Shown here in pieces: positions 1-12,163 of a stretch of 64,000 nucleotides of DNA. The notes under the pieces are model-generated. The model was given only the letters and a program-made list of their open reading frames with translations. It searched no databases and had not been told where the DNA came from. The DNA is taken from positions 474,281 through 538,280 of the forward strand of contig CBDEGU010000011.1 in assembly GCA_965238045.1 (NCBI GenBank), given 5' to 3'. A program made the position numbers and the translations under genes. The stretch's first letter is position 1, and the number at the start of each line of letters is the position of its first letter. Source of the stretch: Bryobacterales bacterium. GTDB lineage: Bacteria; Acidobacteriota; Terriglobia; Bryobacterales; UBA6623.

Positions 1-11
1 AGAGGAACAGC

Positions 12-923
12 TTGATTAAGCGGGCGATAGTCGTCGCCAAGTTCCTGGTTCCGCTGATCGTCGCCTTCTTCATCGGGCGGCTGATCCATGGCAACTGGCA
101 ACAGGTGCGCGGCGAGGACTGGCGCTTTGAGTCGGTTTGGCTGCTGGCCTCGTTCCTGCTGACCGGCTGGTGGTTTCTGATCCGCCCCTATGTCTGGGGA
201 CACATTCTGCGCGGTTTCGGCCATTCCCTTCCTTACCGCGACTCGTTCCATATTATTCGTCGCGCCGAGCTGAGCCGCTATGTGCCCGGAGGCGTCTGGC
301 AGTACTTGAGCCGCGTCTATCTGGCCGGGCAAGCAGGTATTCCGGCGGGTGTCTGCCTGATGTCCGCGCTGGTGGAGACCGTCATTCTGATGACGGCGGC
401 CCTCTTGCCCGCCTTCTTGTATCTGTCCGAAACCCTGCCCGCGCTGGAAAGATACCAGCGCGGTCTGCTGATCGCCGTTCCGGCCGCGGCCTTTTGCGCC
501 ATCCATCCCAAGCTGCTCAACTTCTGGGCCGGGTTCCTGGCGCGGCGCTTCAAGCAACCTCACATTCGGCTGACCATCCACTGGAAGACGATGGCGGCGA
601 TCTGGGCCGTCTACGTTTTTACTTGGGCCGTCCTGGGCCTGGCCGTGGCTCTTTTCGTGCGCGGGGTTTTGGACATCCCGGCCGAGTGGATGCCCCGCAT
701 TGGCGCTCACTATGCGATGGCCTGGCTGGTGGGCATGGTTTCGATGATCGCGCCGGCCGGCATGGGAATCCGCGACGGCATGTTCGGGCTCCTGCTCGAA
801 GGACTGCTGCCGATCGGCGCCGCGATGGCGCTGGCCGTCGGCGTACGGCTCTGGCTCACGCTAACCGAGCTGATATGGACCTTCTCAGGACACTGGATTT
901 TCGGACGCGCGAGAGACAGCTAG
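12..923 (+). CDS. Lysylphosphatidylglycerol synthase TM-domain (flippase-like) membrane protein
   Basis: Multi-TM protein with RYVPGGVW and APAGMGIRDG motifs typical of the LPG synthase TM family. Confidence 0.75.
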   Translation: MIKRAIVVAKFLVPLIVAFFIGRLIHGNWQQVRGEDWRFESVWLLASFLLTGWWFLIRPYVWGHILRGFGHSLPYRDSFHIIRRAELSRYVPGGVWQYLSRVYLAGQAGIPAGVCLMSALVETVILMTAALLPAFLYLSETLPALERYQRGLLIAVPAAAFCAIHPKLLNFWAGFLARRFKQPHIRLTIHWKTMAAIWAVYVFTWAVLGLAVALFVRGVLDIPAEWMPRIGAHYAMAWLVGMVSMIAPAGMGIRDGMFGLLLEGLLPIGAAMALAVGVRLWLTLTELIWTFSGHWIFGRARDS

Positions 924-942
924 CAGCACTCGTCTGATGCAA

Positions 943-2679
943 CTACTCTGGCGGCGCGGTTTTCTTCCGGCGGAAGACTTCGTAAGTTCTCACCGGTGCC
1001 GAGGAGGCCCGGTCCCACCAGCTCAGGCGGCGCGGATAGGAATACTCCCATACTTTCTCGAACCCATCGCTCAGACCCTTGATCTTCCCGCCCCGAGGGT
1101 CCCAGCGGACGTACCAGTCCGCGCCCGCGTAGTCGTCAAACTGATCGTCGGGAATCCGTCCCCGGAATTGTCTGTTGTGCGGCGCCTCGCTATCCAGCAA
1201 GCCGACCCATCGCATCTTGGGCAGGTAGAAGTAAACCGTCATGCCCTTGACATTGCGCAGGAAGGCAACCTTATCCTCTGGCCCAACGTGCTCATGCAGA
1301 TAGTCGATCAGAGGTGCATTGTAGGATCGGTCGCGCAATAATTGCCGTTCGAGCATTTGCTCGTCGCCGGACGCATACCAGTTGATGCTCGGCCAAATCA
1401 GCAGCCCCGCGCAGAGCGCCGTCGCCGCTTTCGCTCCCGCCGCCTGTCTCATCTGTGCCACCGCCAAGGCGCTGAGCAGCAGCGCCGCCGGCAAGATCTG
1501 GAAATAGTGCCGTGTATTGGCTTTGTGTTTCGCGGCCGCCACGGTGAGCAACGGGGAGACCAGCAGCAATAGACCCGCCAGCAACGCCGCGCGCGCCCAG
1601 ATCCCCTTCGCCCCGAGCCGCGTCCTATCGAGCCGCGACCACGCCCAAGCCAGTACCGCGGGCGCCACCAAGCACAACAGCGCGAAACCCCAAAACGCCG
1701 CCGAGTCCAGCCGTCGCACGTCCCTGTGTCCGTAGTTCACCACCAGCGGCGAGAGAACCAAAATCCCGGCCAGTAGCAGGGTACCGGTAAGGACCGCGGG
1801 TGCCTTGATGGCGCGGCGGCTGAACAAAAACACGGCCGCCGGAACCAGCAAAACCAGGGGCACGATACGCCAGAAATCCTTGGCCCTTCCGGTCAAGCCC
1901 GCGCGGTAAAGATCCAAGAGCGGCTCAGGTTCGGGAGGAGGCCAGGTCGAGGTAAAGTCAGAATGAAACATCCAGAATTCCGGCGTCAGCACGGCCACCA
2001 GCAGCGCCGAAAGCACCAGGAAGCCCCGCAGCAGCACACGGTCGCGCAGCGCCAGCACGAAGATCCCCAGCGCAAGCCAAGTGCCGCCGAAGCTGACGTA
2101 ATTCGACAGATAAAGCAAAACTCCGTAGAGACCGATGCGCGCGTAGAACCCCCGCTGGTTCGCGAGCGAGGGTTGCTTGAGATAGCGGCAGAATTCCAGC
2201 ATCAGCAGCGACGCGAACAGCACCACCAGAATGTAATACCGCGACTGTCGGGCGGCACTGAGAAACGAGATGTGAACGATGCCCAAGAAAGGCATCAGCA
2301 GCGAAAGCATCCCCGGGCCAAAGAGCAACACGCCGATGCGATGGAACACATAGAGGCAGAGGGCTCCGATCACGGCGAACGGCAGACGAGCAGTGAACGT
2401 ATTCGCGCCGAAGAGCTTGAAGCCCGCCGCCGAGACATAGAACTGCAGCCAGCTCTGCATCGCCGGCAGCATCCGCGAGTTCGTGTCATGGCCGTCGGCG
2501 GCTTGCACGATCAATTGTTCGCCGTCGAAGGTCCGCGGAACCCACACGCCGCTTTCCGCCATCAGCCGGCCCCAGTTGGCCGTCGTCGTCTCGTCCCTCC
2601 AGAGGGGAATCCCGTCGAGCCGCCAGAACAGCAGAATGGCCGAGACAGCAACAAGCAACAGAGGCAGCGCCTTTTTCAT
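943..2679 (-). CDS. GT-C fold glycosyltransferase (ArnT/PMT-like)
   Basis: N-terminal TM, LWRDE acidic motif, ARLPFA, RQSRYY, many TM helices. Confidence 0.75.
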   Translation of the reverse strand: MKKALPLLLVAVSAILLFWRLDGIPLWRDETTTANWGRLMAESGVWVPRTFDGEQLIVQAADGHDTNSRMLPAMQSWLQFYVSAAGFKLFGANTFTARLPFAVIGALCLYVFHRIGVLLFGPGMLSLLMPFLGIVHISFLSAARQSRYYILVVLFASLLMLEFCRYLKQPSLANQRGFYARIGLYGVLLYLSNYVSFGGTWLALGIFVLALRDRVLLRGFLVLSALLVAVLTPEFWMFHSDFTSTWPPPEPEPLLDLYRAGLTGRAKDFWRIVPLVLLVPAAVFLFSRRAIKAPAVLTGTLLLAGILVLSPLVVNYGHRDVRRLDSAAFWGFALLCLVAPAVLAWAWSRLDRTRLGAKGIWARAALLAGLLLLVSPLLTVAAAKHKANTRHYFQILPAALLLSALAVAQMRQAAGAKAATALCAGLLIWPSINWYASGDEQMLERQLLRDRSYNAPLIDYLHEHVGPEDKVAFLRNVKGMTVYFYLPKMRWVGLLDSEAPHNRQFRGRIPDDQFDDYAGADWYVRWDPRGGKIKGLSDGFEKVWEYSYPRRLSWWDRASSAPVRTYEVFRRKKTAPPE

Positions 2680-2857
2680 GGAAGCAATATGGAAGCGATC
2701 CTGGCCGGGGCTGGAAGAATCCGCGCGTGAAGCGGTGATCGCACCTTCACCGCAACTTCTCTGGGCGCGCCGCGTTTATAAGCAGTGAAGCCCAAGCCGG
2801 CCGGCAAACGGACCAGTACACAGAATTGATCCAGAGGATAGCAAAAGGAGACGACCC

Positions 2858-3187
2858 ATGACCAGAAAATCGACCCGTTGGCTGATGATCTCAGTGTTCG
2901 CGCTCACCCTGGGCGCTTCCATGGCGCCGGCCGCGAAAAAGTCCCCGGCCCGAAACCGTCAGAAGCACCAAGCGGCCCGGATACATCAAGGCGCCCAGAG
3001 CGGTTCGCTGACCAAGCGCGAGACGCACAAGCTCCGCCATCAGCAGCAAGCCGTTCATGCCTCGATCGTTCGAGACCGTATCGACGGCGGCGTCTTCACG
3101 CCCAAGGAGCGCGCCAAGGCCCAGGTACGGCTGAATCAGCAGAGCCGCCGCATCTACCGCCAGAAGCACGACAGCCAAACCCGCTAG
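2858..3187 (+). CDS. Small secreted hypothetical protein with repeated helical motif
   Basis: AGGAG RBS, signal peptide, RIHQGAQSGSLTKRE / DGGVFTPKER repeats. Confidence 0.75.
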   Translation: MTRKSTRWLMISVFALTLGASMAPAAKKSPARNRQKHQAARIHQGAQSGSLTKRETHKLRHQQQAVHASIVRDRIDGGVFTPKERAKAQVRLNQQSRRIYRQKHDSQTR

Positions 3188-3208
3188 CGCGGCGAACAGT
3201 CAAGCAAA

Positions 3209-3237
3209 GCGGCGGGCCCGGCAGCGGGCCCACCGCC
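3209..3237. terminator. GC-rich hairpin between convergent genes
   Basis: gggcccg-gcag-cgggccc perfect stem; no clear U-tract. Confidence 0.35.
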
Positions 3238-3291
3238 GGTTTGATCTCCTGGCGGCCGCATCATGCTCGCCCGCCACAACCGCGCACACTC

Positions 3292-3795
3292 CTAGGAGGG
3301 AACGTCCGTATCGGTGAACTCGATCCGCTCTTCGTCCGCTTCCTGTCCGAAGTGCGGAGGCGGTTCGTTTGATTCGTTGTCGCCGGTGGCTTTCGGCTGC
3401 GCGGCGCTGTCAGGTTCGTTCGCCAGTTCAAGAAGCCCAAACGTGTTAGGCGCCGACCGATAGAAGATCTCTCCTCTGCGCACGTACGCCCCGAGGGAAC
3501 CAGCCAAAGCGGATCGGCTGTCCCGGCCGTCCTTCTTGCCCATAGCGGCCAAGATTCTCTGGATGTGCATCGGCTCGCCATGGCTCAACAGGACTTTACG
3601 CGCTTTGGCCACAACGCTATTGGGCCTCAGGACCGTCTCTGCATTGCCGTCGTTGACGCCCTCACGTGGTAGCAGCTTGAGCGTGTCTTCGAGGGCAGAG
3701 ATGTAGATCTCCTCCTCGCGGATCTGCTCCTTCAGTCGCGCCGCTCTCTCGCGTTTTTTCTCTATACGTCTCTCAATTTCTATTCTGGCGCTCAT
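3292..3795 (-). CDS. Coiled-coil + winged-helix (HARE-HTH-like) DNA-binding protein
   Basis: N-terminal coiled coil, then KVLLSHGEPMHIQRI...FYRSAPNTFGL, a HARE-HTH pattern; GGAGAG RBS before ATG 3795. Confidence 0.6.
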   Translation of the reverse strand: MSARIEIERRIEKKRERAARLKEQIREEEIYISALEDTLKLLPREGVNDGNAETVLRPNSVVAKARKVLLSHGEPMHIQRILAAMGKKDGRDSRSALAGSLGAYVRRGEIFYRSAPNTFGLLELANEPDSAAQPKATGDNESNEPPPHFGQEADEERIEFTDTDVPS

Positions 3796-3934
3796 GGTCT
3801 CTCCGTTGCTCTCTACTGTACATGATAGCATCGTGAGTGATAATATGTGAAAATATGGATTTGGATGAATGCGGCACGGCGTTGACCCTACGATGGACCT
3901 TGGAGGTCTCCAGTAACCCCATGGATGATTACAG

Positions 3935-4750
3935 ATGGATGATTATAGCATTTTTTTCAGTCGTTTAGAAGGATTGGGGAAATCCACATCCCGAGGTGTT
4001 GAATACTGGCTCGGGCGTGAGCTACAGGATTTCTTTGAATATTCCTCTTGGGAGCGCTTCGACAGTGTTGCCGAGAGAGCGAAAGCGGCATGTGATAAGT
4101 CCGCTCAGAACCCATCACACCATTTTCACAGGTATGTGAAAATGGTCCAGATCGGCAGTACCGCCAAACGCGAGATAGCTGACTGGTACTTGACTCGGTA
4201 CGCCTGCTATCTGGTCGCGATGAACGGCGATCCGTCGAAGCCCGAGATCGCTTGCGCGCAGACCTACTTCGCCCTCCAAACTCGGCGGCAAGAGATTGGA
4301 CAACAGACCGCAAAGCTTGACCAGAGACTTGCCCTGCGGGACCGGATGCAGGACGCCAACAAGGCCCTTTCTTCAGCGGCCCAGGGTGCGGGCGTGAAGA
4401 AATTCGCCGTGTTTCATGATGCTGGTTACAAGGGCCTGTACGACGGTCTGGGCCAAGCCGACATAAAAGAACTCAAAGGAATCAGCCCCAAGGAACCGAT
4501 TCTGGATCGCATGGGCAGTTCGGAATTAGCCGCGAACTATTTTCGGGCAACGCAAGCCGAAGAGAAGATCCTGCGAGATAACGTACAGGGAGAAGAAAGC
4601 GCAATCGATACGCATCGGGACGTAGGGACTGAGGTGAGAGAGGCCATCAGAAGAATCGGGGGCGTCATGCCTGAGAGCCTTCCGGCGGAACCCTCGATCA
4701 AGAAGCTCGAGCGGCGCCGGAAGAAGCTCTTGAAATCTCCTGACGAATGA
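3935..4750 (+). CDS. dinD: DNA damage-inducible protein D (BRO-N domain)
   Basis: EYWLGREL, LTRYACYLVAMNGDPSKPEIA.AQTYFA.QTRRQE, FHDAGYKGLY, ILDRMGSSELAANYFRATQAEEK motifs. Confidence 0.9.
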   Translation: MDDYSIFFSRLEGLGKSTSRGVEYWLGRELQDFFEYSSWERFDSVAERAKAACDKSAQNPSHHFHRYVKMVQIGSTAKREIADWYLTRYACYLVAMNGDPSKPEIACAQTYFALQTRRQEIGQQTAKLDQRLALRDRMQDANKALSSAAQGAGVKKFAVFHDAGYKGLYDGLGQADIKELKGISPKEPILDRMGSSELAANYFRATQAEEKILRDNVQGEESAIDTHRDVGTEVREAIRRIGGVMPESLPAEPSIKKLERRRKKLLKSPDE

Positions 4751-4862
4751 GCAAGAAGATATCTCGAAACTCGGCCGACGATCCGCGGACCGCGTTCCCA
4801 GCACAGGTTATTGGCGTCTGATCGATTGAGTAACGCAGGCCGCACTGCGACTCGGGCCAATC

Positions 4863-5046
4863 CTAGCCCGCATTTCTCACCACCTGACGACCAAAGGACA
4901 TGACAGGCCCGCCATTACTTCGTTGCGCTTGCTCGCCGTGCTCAACGTACTGTCAAGTACGCCTGCGCTCGTCAAGCGGCGCGCGCCTCGTACTGACTGG
5001 TCTCTCACGCGCTTCGCTTCGCCACGTGGTGAGAAAAGCGGGCTAG
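4863..5046 (+). mobile_element. MITE copy 1 (~184 bp)
   Basis: TIR ctagcccgcatttctcaccac / gtggtgagaaaagcgggctag; homologous to copies at 6464, 20447 and 27630. Confidence 0.85.
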
Positions 5047-5108
5047 CCCGGCAGCGAGGATAATTCTGGAACCTGGCGCCGACTTACAAGAACGTTCTTG
5101 GCCGCTAG

Positions 5109-5966
5109 CTAGCCGACGAGGCGGTAGCCCTTTCCGTGGTCGGAAAGGATGATTTCTGGAGTCGCTGGATCACGCTCGATCTTGCGGCGCAATCGCAGAA
5201 TGTGATGGTCCACCACGCGGCTGGCCGCCGAGATTTCACCGTTCCAGACTTCCTCTACGATCTGCTGGCGGGTCACCACGCGGCCGCGATTGCTGATGAG
5301 CAGCCGCAGAACATCAAACAACCGCGTCGTCAGTTTAATGGGCTTGCCATCGCGGCTCACACGCTGCCTCTGAAGATCCACTTCAAGGTCGGTGACACGG
5401 CAGGACGACGACGATGTCGCCGCCGCCGAGTGTTTGCCCCGGCGCAAATGCGCCCGTACCCTGGCAAGAAACTCACGCACGCGAACGGGCTTCTTGATGA
5501 AATCATCGGCGCCGACTTCGAGCGCCACGACGACATCCGCTTCTTCGGTCCGGCCCGAGAGTACGATAATCGGCGTGTCCTTGCCCAGCCAGCGGATCCC
5601 CCGACAAACATCCAGGCCATCGCCGTCGGGAAGGCGCAGATCCAGAATGACCAGGTCGGGCGTCTCGGTGCGGATCGTCTGCAGCGCCTGGTCGACGCGA
5701 GTCGCCCCAATGGGCTCGTAGCCGCCCGTACGCAGAATCTCGCTCAGAGTTTCCAGCAGCGCCACGTCGTCTTCGACCACCAGCACCTTGGGAGGGGCCT
5801 CGCCGGTGTCCGCGGTCTGCCGCGACTGCCAGCCTTCCAGCGTCCGCGAGCCACCCCGGCTGTCCAAACCCGTGCCGCCTTGGTCTACAAACTCTGCTTC
5901 CCCGGCGCCAGTGCTAACACCAGCCGAGGCGGAACGTGAATTGGAACCCTCAGCTATCCGATTCAT
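5109..5966 (-). CDS. OmpR/PhoB-family response regulator (orphan); start uncertain
   Basis: VLVVEDD, LVILDLRLP, ADDFIKKP receiver domain; C-terminal wHTH VVDHHILRLRRKIE...GKGYRL. Confidence 0.9.
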   Translation of the reverse strand: MNRIAEGSNSRSASAGVSTGAGEAEFVDQGGTGLDSRGGSRTLEGWQSRQTADTGEAPPKVLVVEDDVALLETLSEILRTGGYEPIGATRVDQALQTIRTETPDLVILDLRLPDGDGLDVCRGIRWLGKDTPIIVLSGRTEEADVVVALEVGADDFIKKPVRVREFLARVRAHLRRGKHSAAATSSSSCRVTDLEVDLQRQRVSRDGKPIKLTTRLFDVLRLLISNRGRVVTRQQIVEEVWNGEISAASRVVDHHILRLRRKIERDPATPEIILSDHGKGYRLVG

Positions 5967-6463
5967 CTAGACCTCTGTATCCTATCTGGATACGGACCAC
6001 TTTCCTTCCTCGTCTGATGCCTCACAGGTTCTACCGTCTCCAGATGACAACATCTCGAAACAACGTTTCGATGGCACCAATGTAGACCCTACTAGTATAA
6101 CCCATGTCGTGGCATAATACTACTAGTCGTTTAGTACTAGTACCTTAAGTCGGTCGGCCTCCCATGAGGCCGAGATCGAACTAGCTCGAAGTCCGGGCAG
6201 CAAACCAGAGAGAATTCGCCTCACGACGATCCAATTTATGATAGTAACCTATTGATTACAAATAACATGCTGATGCAATTCAGGTCTCTTTCCGATGCCT
6301 CCCCGTCGCAGTCCCCGGCTTCCTGTGATTCACGCTGTCGTCTGGACGAAGTGCGTCGAAGACGTATGACTCTGCATATACGCCCGGCCTCGCGGGCGAA
6401 GCCGCGCACGGGATGCGGACCGCGCTCCAGCAGCGAGGCTTACCCTGTCAAGATGTAGGCATG

Positions 6464-6644
6464 AGCCCGCATTTCTGACCACTCTGACAATCGAAGCACG
6501 CGATAGGCCCGCCAATCCTTCGTTGCGCTTGCTCTCCGCGCTCAGCGTACGATCAAGTACGCCTGCGCGCGTCAAGCGGCGCGCGCCTCGTAGTGACGGG
6601 CCTCTCACGCACTTCGCCTCGCCACGTGATGAGAAAAGCGGGCT
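6464..6644 (+). mobile_element. MITE copy 2
   Basis: agcccgcatttctgaccac ... gtgatgagaaaagcgggct; same internal gtac..aagtacgcctgcgc core. Confidence 0.85.
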
Positions 6645-6660
6645 GGCCAAAATGTGACCA

Positions 6661-7269
6661 GTGGTCCCGCCGCGACCGCCGACAAACCCAATGACTGGAC
6701 AGACGCTGCCGATCCTAATCTCCCAGAAGCGCATCCGCGACCGCGTGGCCGAAATGGCCCGGGCCGTGGAAGAAGATCTTGGTCCGCCACGGGAAGACGG
6801 CGCCCCGCCGCGCATGGTCGTCGTTCTCAAGGGTGCGTTTTTTTTTGCCGCGGATCTGGCGCGCGAGATTCGCCGGGATTTGTCGATCGGCTTCATCCAT
6901 GCCGGCAGCTATGGCGGCTCCACCGAGAGTTCCGGACGCGTGCTCCTAAGCAAGGATCTCGATCATGACATCGAGGGCGTTGACGTGCTGCTGGTCGAGG
7001 ACATCGTCGATACCGGGCGCACGGTGCGGACCATTTGCGAGAGGCTCCGTCGGAGAGAGCCGCGATCCCTGCGTGTGGCGACGCTGCTCAGCAAGCCGAG
7101 TCGGCGGGTCGAGCAAGTCGAGTTGAGCTACACCGGTTTTGAGATTCCAGATTGCTTCGTGGTCGGTTACGGCCTAGACCATGCCGGGCGGTATCGCAAC
7201 CTCGCCGACATCCGGGTTCTGGAGCCTTCCGGCGCCGGAGATCCGGTCCAACCCCAACGGAGCGGCTGA
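6661..7269 (+). CDS. hpt: Hypoxanthine phosphoribosyltransferase
   Basis: VLKGA, PRPP loop [21 protein letters not shown]...YRNL. Confidence 0.93.
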   Translation: MVPPRPPTNPMTGQTLPILISQKRIRDRVAEMARAVEEDLGPPREDGAPPRMVVVLKGAFFFAADLAREIRRDLSIGFIHAGSYGGSTESSGRVLLSKDLDHDIEGVDVLLVEDIVDTGRTVRTICERLRRREPRSLRVATLLSKPSRRVEQVELSYTGFEIPDCFVVGYGLDHAGRYRNLADIRVLEPSGAGDPVQPQRSG

Positions 7270-7355
7270 CCCGCAGTCCCCAGCCGCCCCGGCCGACGGG
7301 AAAGACCCGGCTTCGCGTCTCGACGGAATTCCTCCCGCCGGAGTACACTGTATGC

Positions 7356-8849
<1,494 letters not shown>

Positions 8850-9146
8850 TTGCCAGCAGCACGGCGTGAAGGCGGCGTGGTGCGCGGTGGCCGAAGCCTG
8901 GCGGTTCGCCCCGGCCGCAAAAACTGGCTTGCGATCCGCGGCCGGCGGCCCGGCGCCCAGTCCGCGAGGCGCTCTCGCATGGTCTCGTTCTCACAGTGCT
9001 GGGCCGTTGCCTTTTCTCGGACCCGTCTAGAATGGTAGAATTACTGCGGAGAGTCGTAAGGCAGAGAAACACTCGCCGATGCGCACGGTTCTGGGCAGGT
9101 GGTTCTTGCCTTCGTCTTTAGGAAACGCCTAGCGAAGGAGTCGATC

Positions 9147-9797
9147 ATGAAATCGATCTGGAAAGTGTCTTGGTTTGTTTTGCTGGCTGTCGTCTTGAGT
9201 TCGTTCGGATGCGGCTCCGCGCCGGAAACGAAAGCCGAGCCAGAAGCCGTCGTCGAGAAGAAAGAAGAGGTTCCCGAGCCATTGACCGGGACACCCGTCG
9301 TCGTGATGAAGACGACCAAGGGTACGGTCAGGATGGAACTCTACCCCGAGAAAGCCCAGGAGACCGTGGTGAACTTTCTCAGGTACGTGGACGCCAAGTT
9401 CTATGACCACACGATTTTTCACCTCGTCATTCGGAGGGCCATGGTACAGGGTGGAGGCTATACCTGGGCCGCTGCCGGCATGAAGCGAAAACACACGCGC
9501 GGAGGGATCAAGAATGAATCCCAGAACGGCCTGAAGAATGTGAAGGGTTCCGTCGCCATGTTCCGAGGTGAGACCCCTGACTCAGCGACCTCGCAGTTCT
9601 TCGTTAATTTGAGGAACAATTCCAAACTGGATGCCGACAACCGCGACGATGGCTTCGGCTACTGTGTGTTCGGGAAAGTGATCGAGGGCATGAAGGTCAT
9701 GGAAGCGATCGGCAAGATGGAGACCCACGAAGTCCGCGGACAGAAGAACGTTCCCACCGTCCCGATATTCATCAGCAGGATTCGGCGGGAGGGTTGA
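9147..9797 (+). CDS. Cyclophilin-type peptidyl-prolyl isomerase, lipoprotein
   Basis: AAGGAG RBS; lipobox FGC; FYDHTIFH.VI..MVQGGG, SATSQFFVN, GYCVFGKV. Confidence 0.9.
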   Translation: MKSIWKVSWFVLLAVVLSSFGCGSAPETKAEPEAVVEKKEEVPEPLTGTPVVVMKTTKGTVRMELYPEKAQETVVNFLRYVDAKFYDHTIFHLVIRRAMVQGGGYTWAAAGMKRKHTRGGIKNESQNGLKNVKGSVAMFRGETPDSATSQFFVNLRNNSKLDADNRDDGFGYCVFGKVIEGMKVMEAIGKMETHEVRGQKNVPTVPIFISRIRREG

Positions 9798-9857
9798 GGG
9801 CGGCGGCGGGGAACCCGGTCCCCGCGCCTTGCTGTTCACGCCGCGTGAGGTTGGAAG

Positions 9858-11420
9858 ATGTCTGAAAGATTGCTCGACCGCCGGTCTTTTCTCGCGGCCG
9901 GACTGGCGGCTCCCTTGCTCGGTGTCTCGAACGGCTGCGGGCTCGGGGAACCAAGTTTTTCGGCTAACCCGTTCACCCTGGGCATCGCCTCGGGCGATCC
10001 CGCCCCGGATGGCGTCGTCCTGTGGACCCGCCTGGCGCCCGATCCGCTCCACGGCGGCGGCCTGCCGCCCGATGAGTCCTACCAGGTGCACTGGCGCATC
10101 GCCTCGGACTCGAACATGCTCCAGGTCGTCCAGCAAGGCACGGTGGCCGCGGTTCCCGAATGGGGGCACTCGGTCCATGTCGAGGTTAGCGGTCTTGAAC
10201 CGGGCCGCTGGTACTGGTATCAGTTTCGGGCCGGATCGGAAGAGAGCCCGCGAGGCCGTACCCGCACGGCCGAGGGTGCCGGCGCCTCGCTCCAGAAACT
10301 CCGTTTCGCCGTGGCCTCCTACCAGCATTACGAACACGGCTACTTCACTGCCTACCGGCACATGGCGTCCGAGGATCTTGAACTGGTGGTTCACCTCGGG
10401 GACTACATCTATGAGGACGCCGGCAAAGAGGACAACGGAGAAGAGGGCCGGACTCGCAGGCATTTCGGTGGCGAAATCAAGTCCTTGGCCGCCTACCGCA
10501 ACCGCTACGCGCTGTATAAGTCCGACCCCGATCTTCAGGCCGCCCACGCCGCCTTCCCATGGACCCTCACCTGGGATGATCACGAATTCGACAACAACTA
10601 CGCCTCGGGCATCCCCGAGGGAAAAGCACCCGCCCCCAGGGACGCATTCTTGGCACGCCGCGCGGTGGCCTACCACGCCTATTACGAGCACATGCCGCTG
10701 CGACGCTCGGCGATGCCCAGCGGCCCGCGGATGCAACTCTATCGCAGCCTGAGCTACGGCGATCTGGCGCGGTTCAGCGTGCTCGACACGCGCCAGTACC
10801 GCTCGGATCAACCCTGCGGCGATCGCAACAAGCCGCTCTGCGAGGGGGTCTTCGACCCGGCCGCGACGATGCTCGGAAGCGAGCAGGAGGACTGGCTGGG
10901 CACCCAGCTCAGAGGTTCGGGCGCCCGCTGGAATCTGCTTGCCCAGCAGGTTATGATGGGCCGGGTCGATCACCTGCCCGGACCCGAGAAATTATTTAGC
11001 ATGGATCAGTGGAGCGGATACGAGGCGCCGCGAAAGCGGTTACTCGCCAGCCTGCGCGAAGGCGCCGCCGCCAACCCGGTGGTTCTCACCGGCGACATTC
11101 ATGCCAATTGGGTGAACGACCTGAAAGTGGATTTCGACGATCCCAAATCCACCGCCGTCGCAACCGAATTCGTGGGCACATCGATTACTTCCGGCGGAGA
11201 TGGGTCCGATGTACGTGAGGAGACCGAGGGCGTACTGCGCGAAAATCCGTTCGTGAAATTCTTCAACAACCAGAGAGGCTACATCCGCTGCGCGCTCACG
11301 CCAGAACTCTGCCAGGCCGACTACCAGGTGATGGACTTCGTCGAGAAGCCGGGCGGGACCATCTCGACGCGCGCCTCGTTTGTGGTGGAAGACGGGCGCC
11401 CCGGCGCCCTTCGTGCGTAG
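9858..11420 (+). CDS. phoD: Alkaline phosphatase D family, Tat-exported
   Basis: DRRSFL Tat signal; [38 protein letters not shown]. Confidence 0.92.
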   Translation: MSERLLDRRSFLAAGLAAPLLGVSNGCGLGEPSFSANPFTLGIASGDPAPDGVVLWTRLAPDPLHGGGLPPDESYQVHWRIASDSNMLQVVQQGTVAAVPEWGHSVHVEVSGLEPGRWYWYQFRAGSEESPRGRTRTAEGAGASLQKLRFAVASYQHYEHGYFTAYRHMASEDLELVVHLGDYIYEDAGKEDNGEEGRTRRHFGGEIKSLAAYRNRYALYKSDPDLQAAHAAFPWTLTWDDHEFDNNYASGIPEGKAPAPRDAFLARRAVAYHAYYEHMPLRRSAMPSGPRMQLYRSLSYGDLARFSVLDTRQYRSDQPCGDRNKPLCEGVFDPAATMLGSEQEDWLGTQLRGSGARWNLLAQQVMMGRVDHLPGPEKLFSMDQWSGYEAPRKRLLASLREGAAANPVVLTGDIHANWVNDLKVDFDDPKSTAVATEFVGTSITSGGDGSDVREETEGVLRENPFVKFFNNQRGYIRCALTPELCQADYQVMDFVEKPGGTISTRASFVVEDGRPGALRA

Positions 11421-11651
11421 GGTGCTGGCGTAGGGTGCCTGCGTTGCGTGCCCGCTTGGCTCGAATCCTCATCTATCCGTACTCCGCTCCCTTCCTCCGC
11501 CGACGCAACGCCATCGATCGCCGGATTCTGCCCTCAGCGGACATCAGCAACTGCCGGTTGCGGTCTGGGGCCGAGGTCCGCGACGGAACCACCCCGGCCA
11601 GCTCTCATGCGCACCGTCGGCAAAAGCCAGCCGCGTTCGGCGCGGCCGCCC

Positions 11652-11918
11652 TCAAGCCGCGATGTTCTTCACCCGTTTGGCCACGGTTTGGGCAGTGTCG
11701 TCAACCCATTCCTTACCTTTTTCGTAGATCTTCTCGCCGTCGGCGGTAAGCTGCTTGCTCGTTTTGGCTAGATACTTGCGACCTTCCTTGCTCTTCTTGC
11801 GGATCATCCTGCGTGTGACGCTGCCCTTTCGCGGGGCCAGAACCAGAGCGCCCGCTACGCCCATCGTGACACCGGTCAGAAACCAGCAGAATCCCTTGGC
11901 TACACTTTGCGTTGACAT
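11652..11918 (-). CDS. YtxH domain protein
   Basis: FLTGVTMGVAGALVLAPRKG..TRR signature; AGGAG RBS. Confidence 0.85.
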   Translation of the reverse strand: MSTQSVAKGFCWFLTGVTMGVAGALVLAPRKGSVTRRMIRKKSKEGRKYLAKTSKQLTADGEKIYEKGKEWVDDTAQTVAKRVKNIAA

Positions 11919-12044
11919 ATGATCTCTCTCCTTGCTGGCGACTCTCTTACACCAGATCGGCCAGACGAGGCCTCCTATGAGTTAGACCGCTCCAAAGGTC
12001 GATCGTGTTTCAAGTTTTCTGGGCCGGGTCGTTCTCGTCGCGCC

Positions 12045-12100
12045 CTGCCCATCACCGCCTGCCCCATCACCGCCAGTCGCGTCACCGGCAGTCCCCATCC
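12045..12100. repeat. Degenerate ~15-bp tandem repeat
   Basis: ctgcccatcaccgc / ctgccccatcaccgc / cagtcgcgtcaccgg / cagtccccatcc. Confidence 0.5.
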
Positions 12101-12163
12101 AGCCCAGACCGCCGAAATCCCCCCCGGCACTGCCTTCGAGGCGGCTCGCCGAATGCGCGTCCG

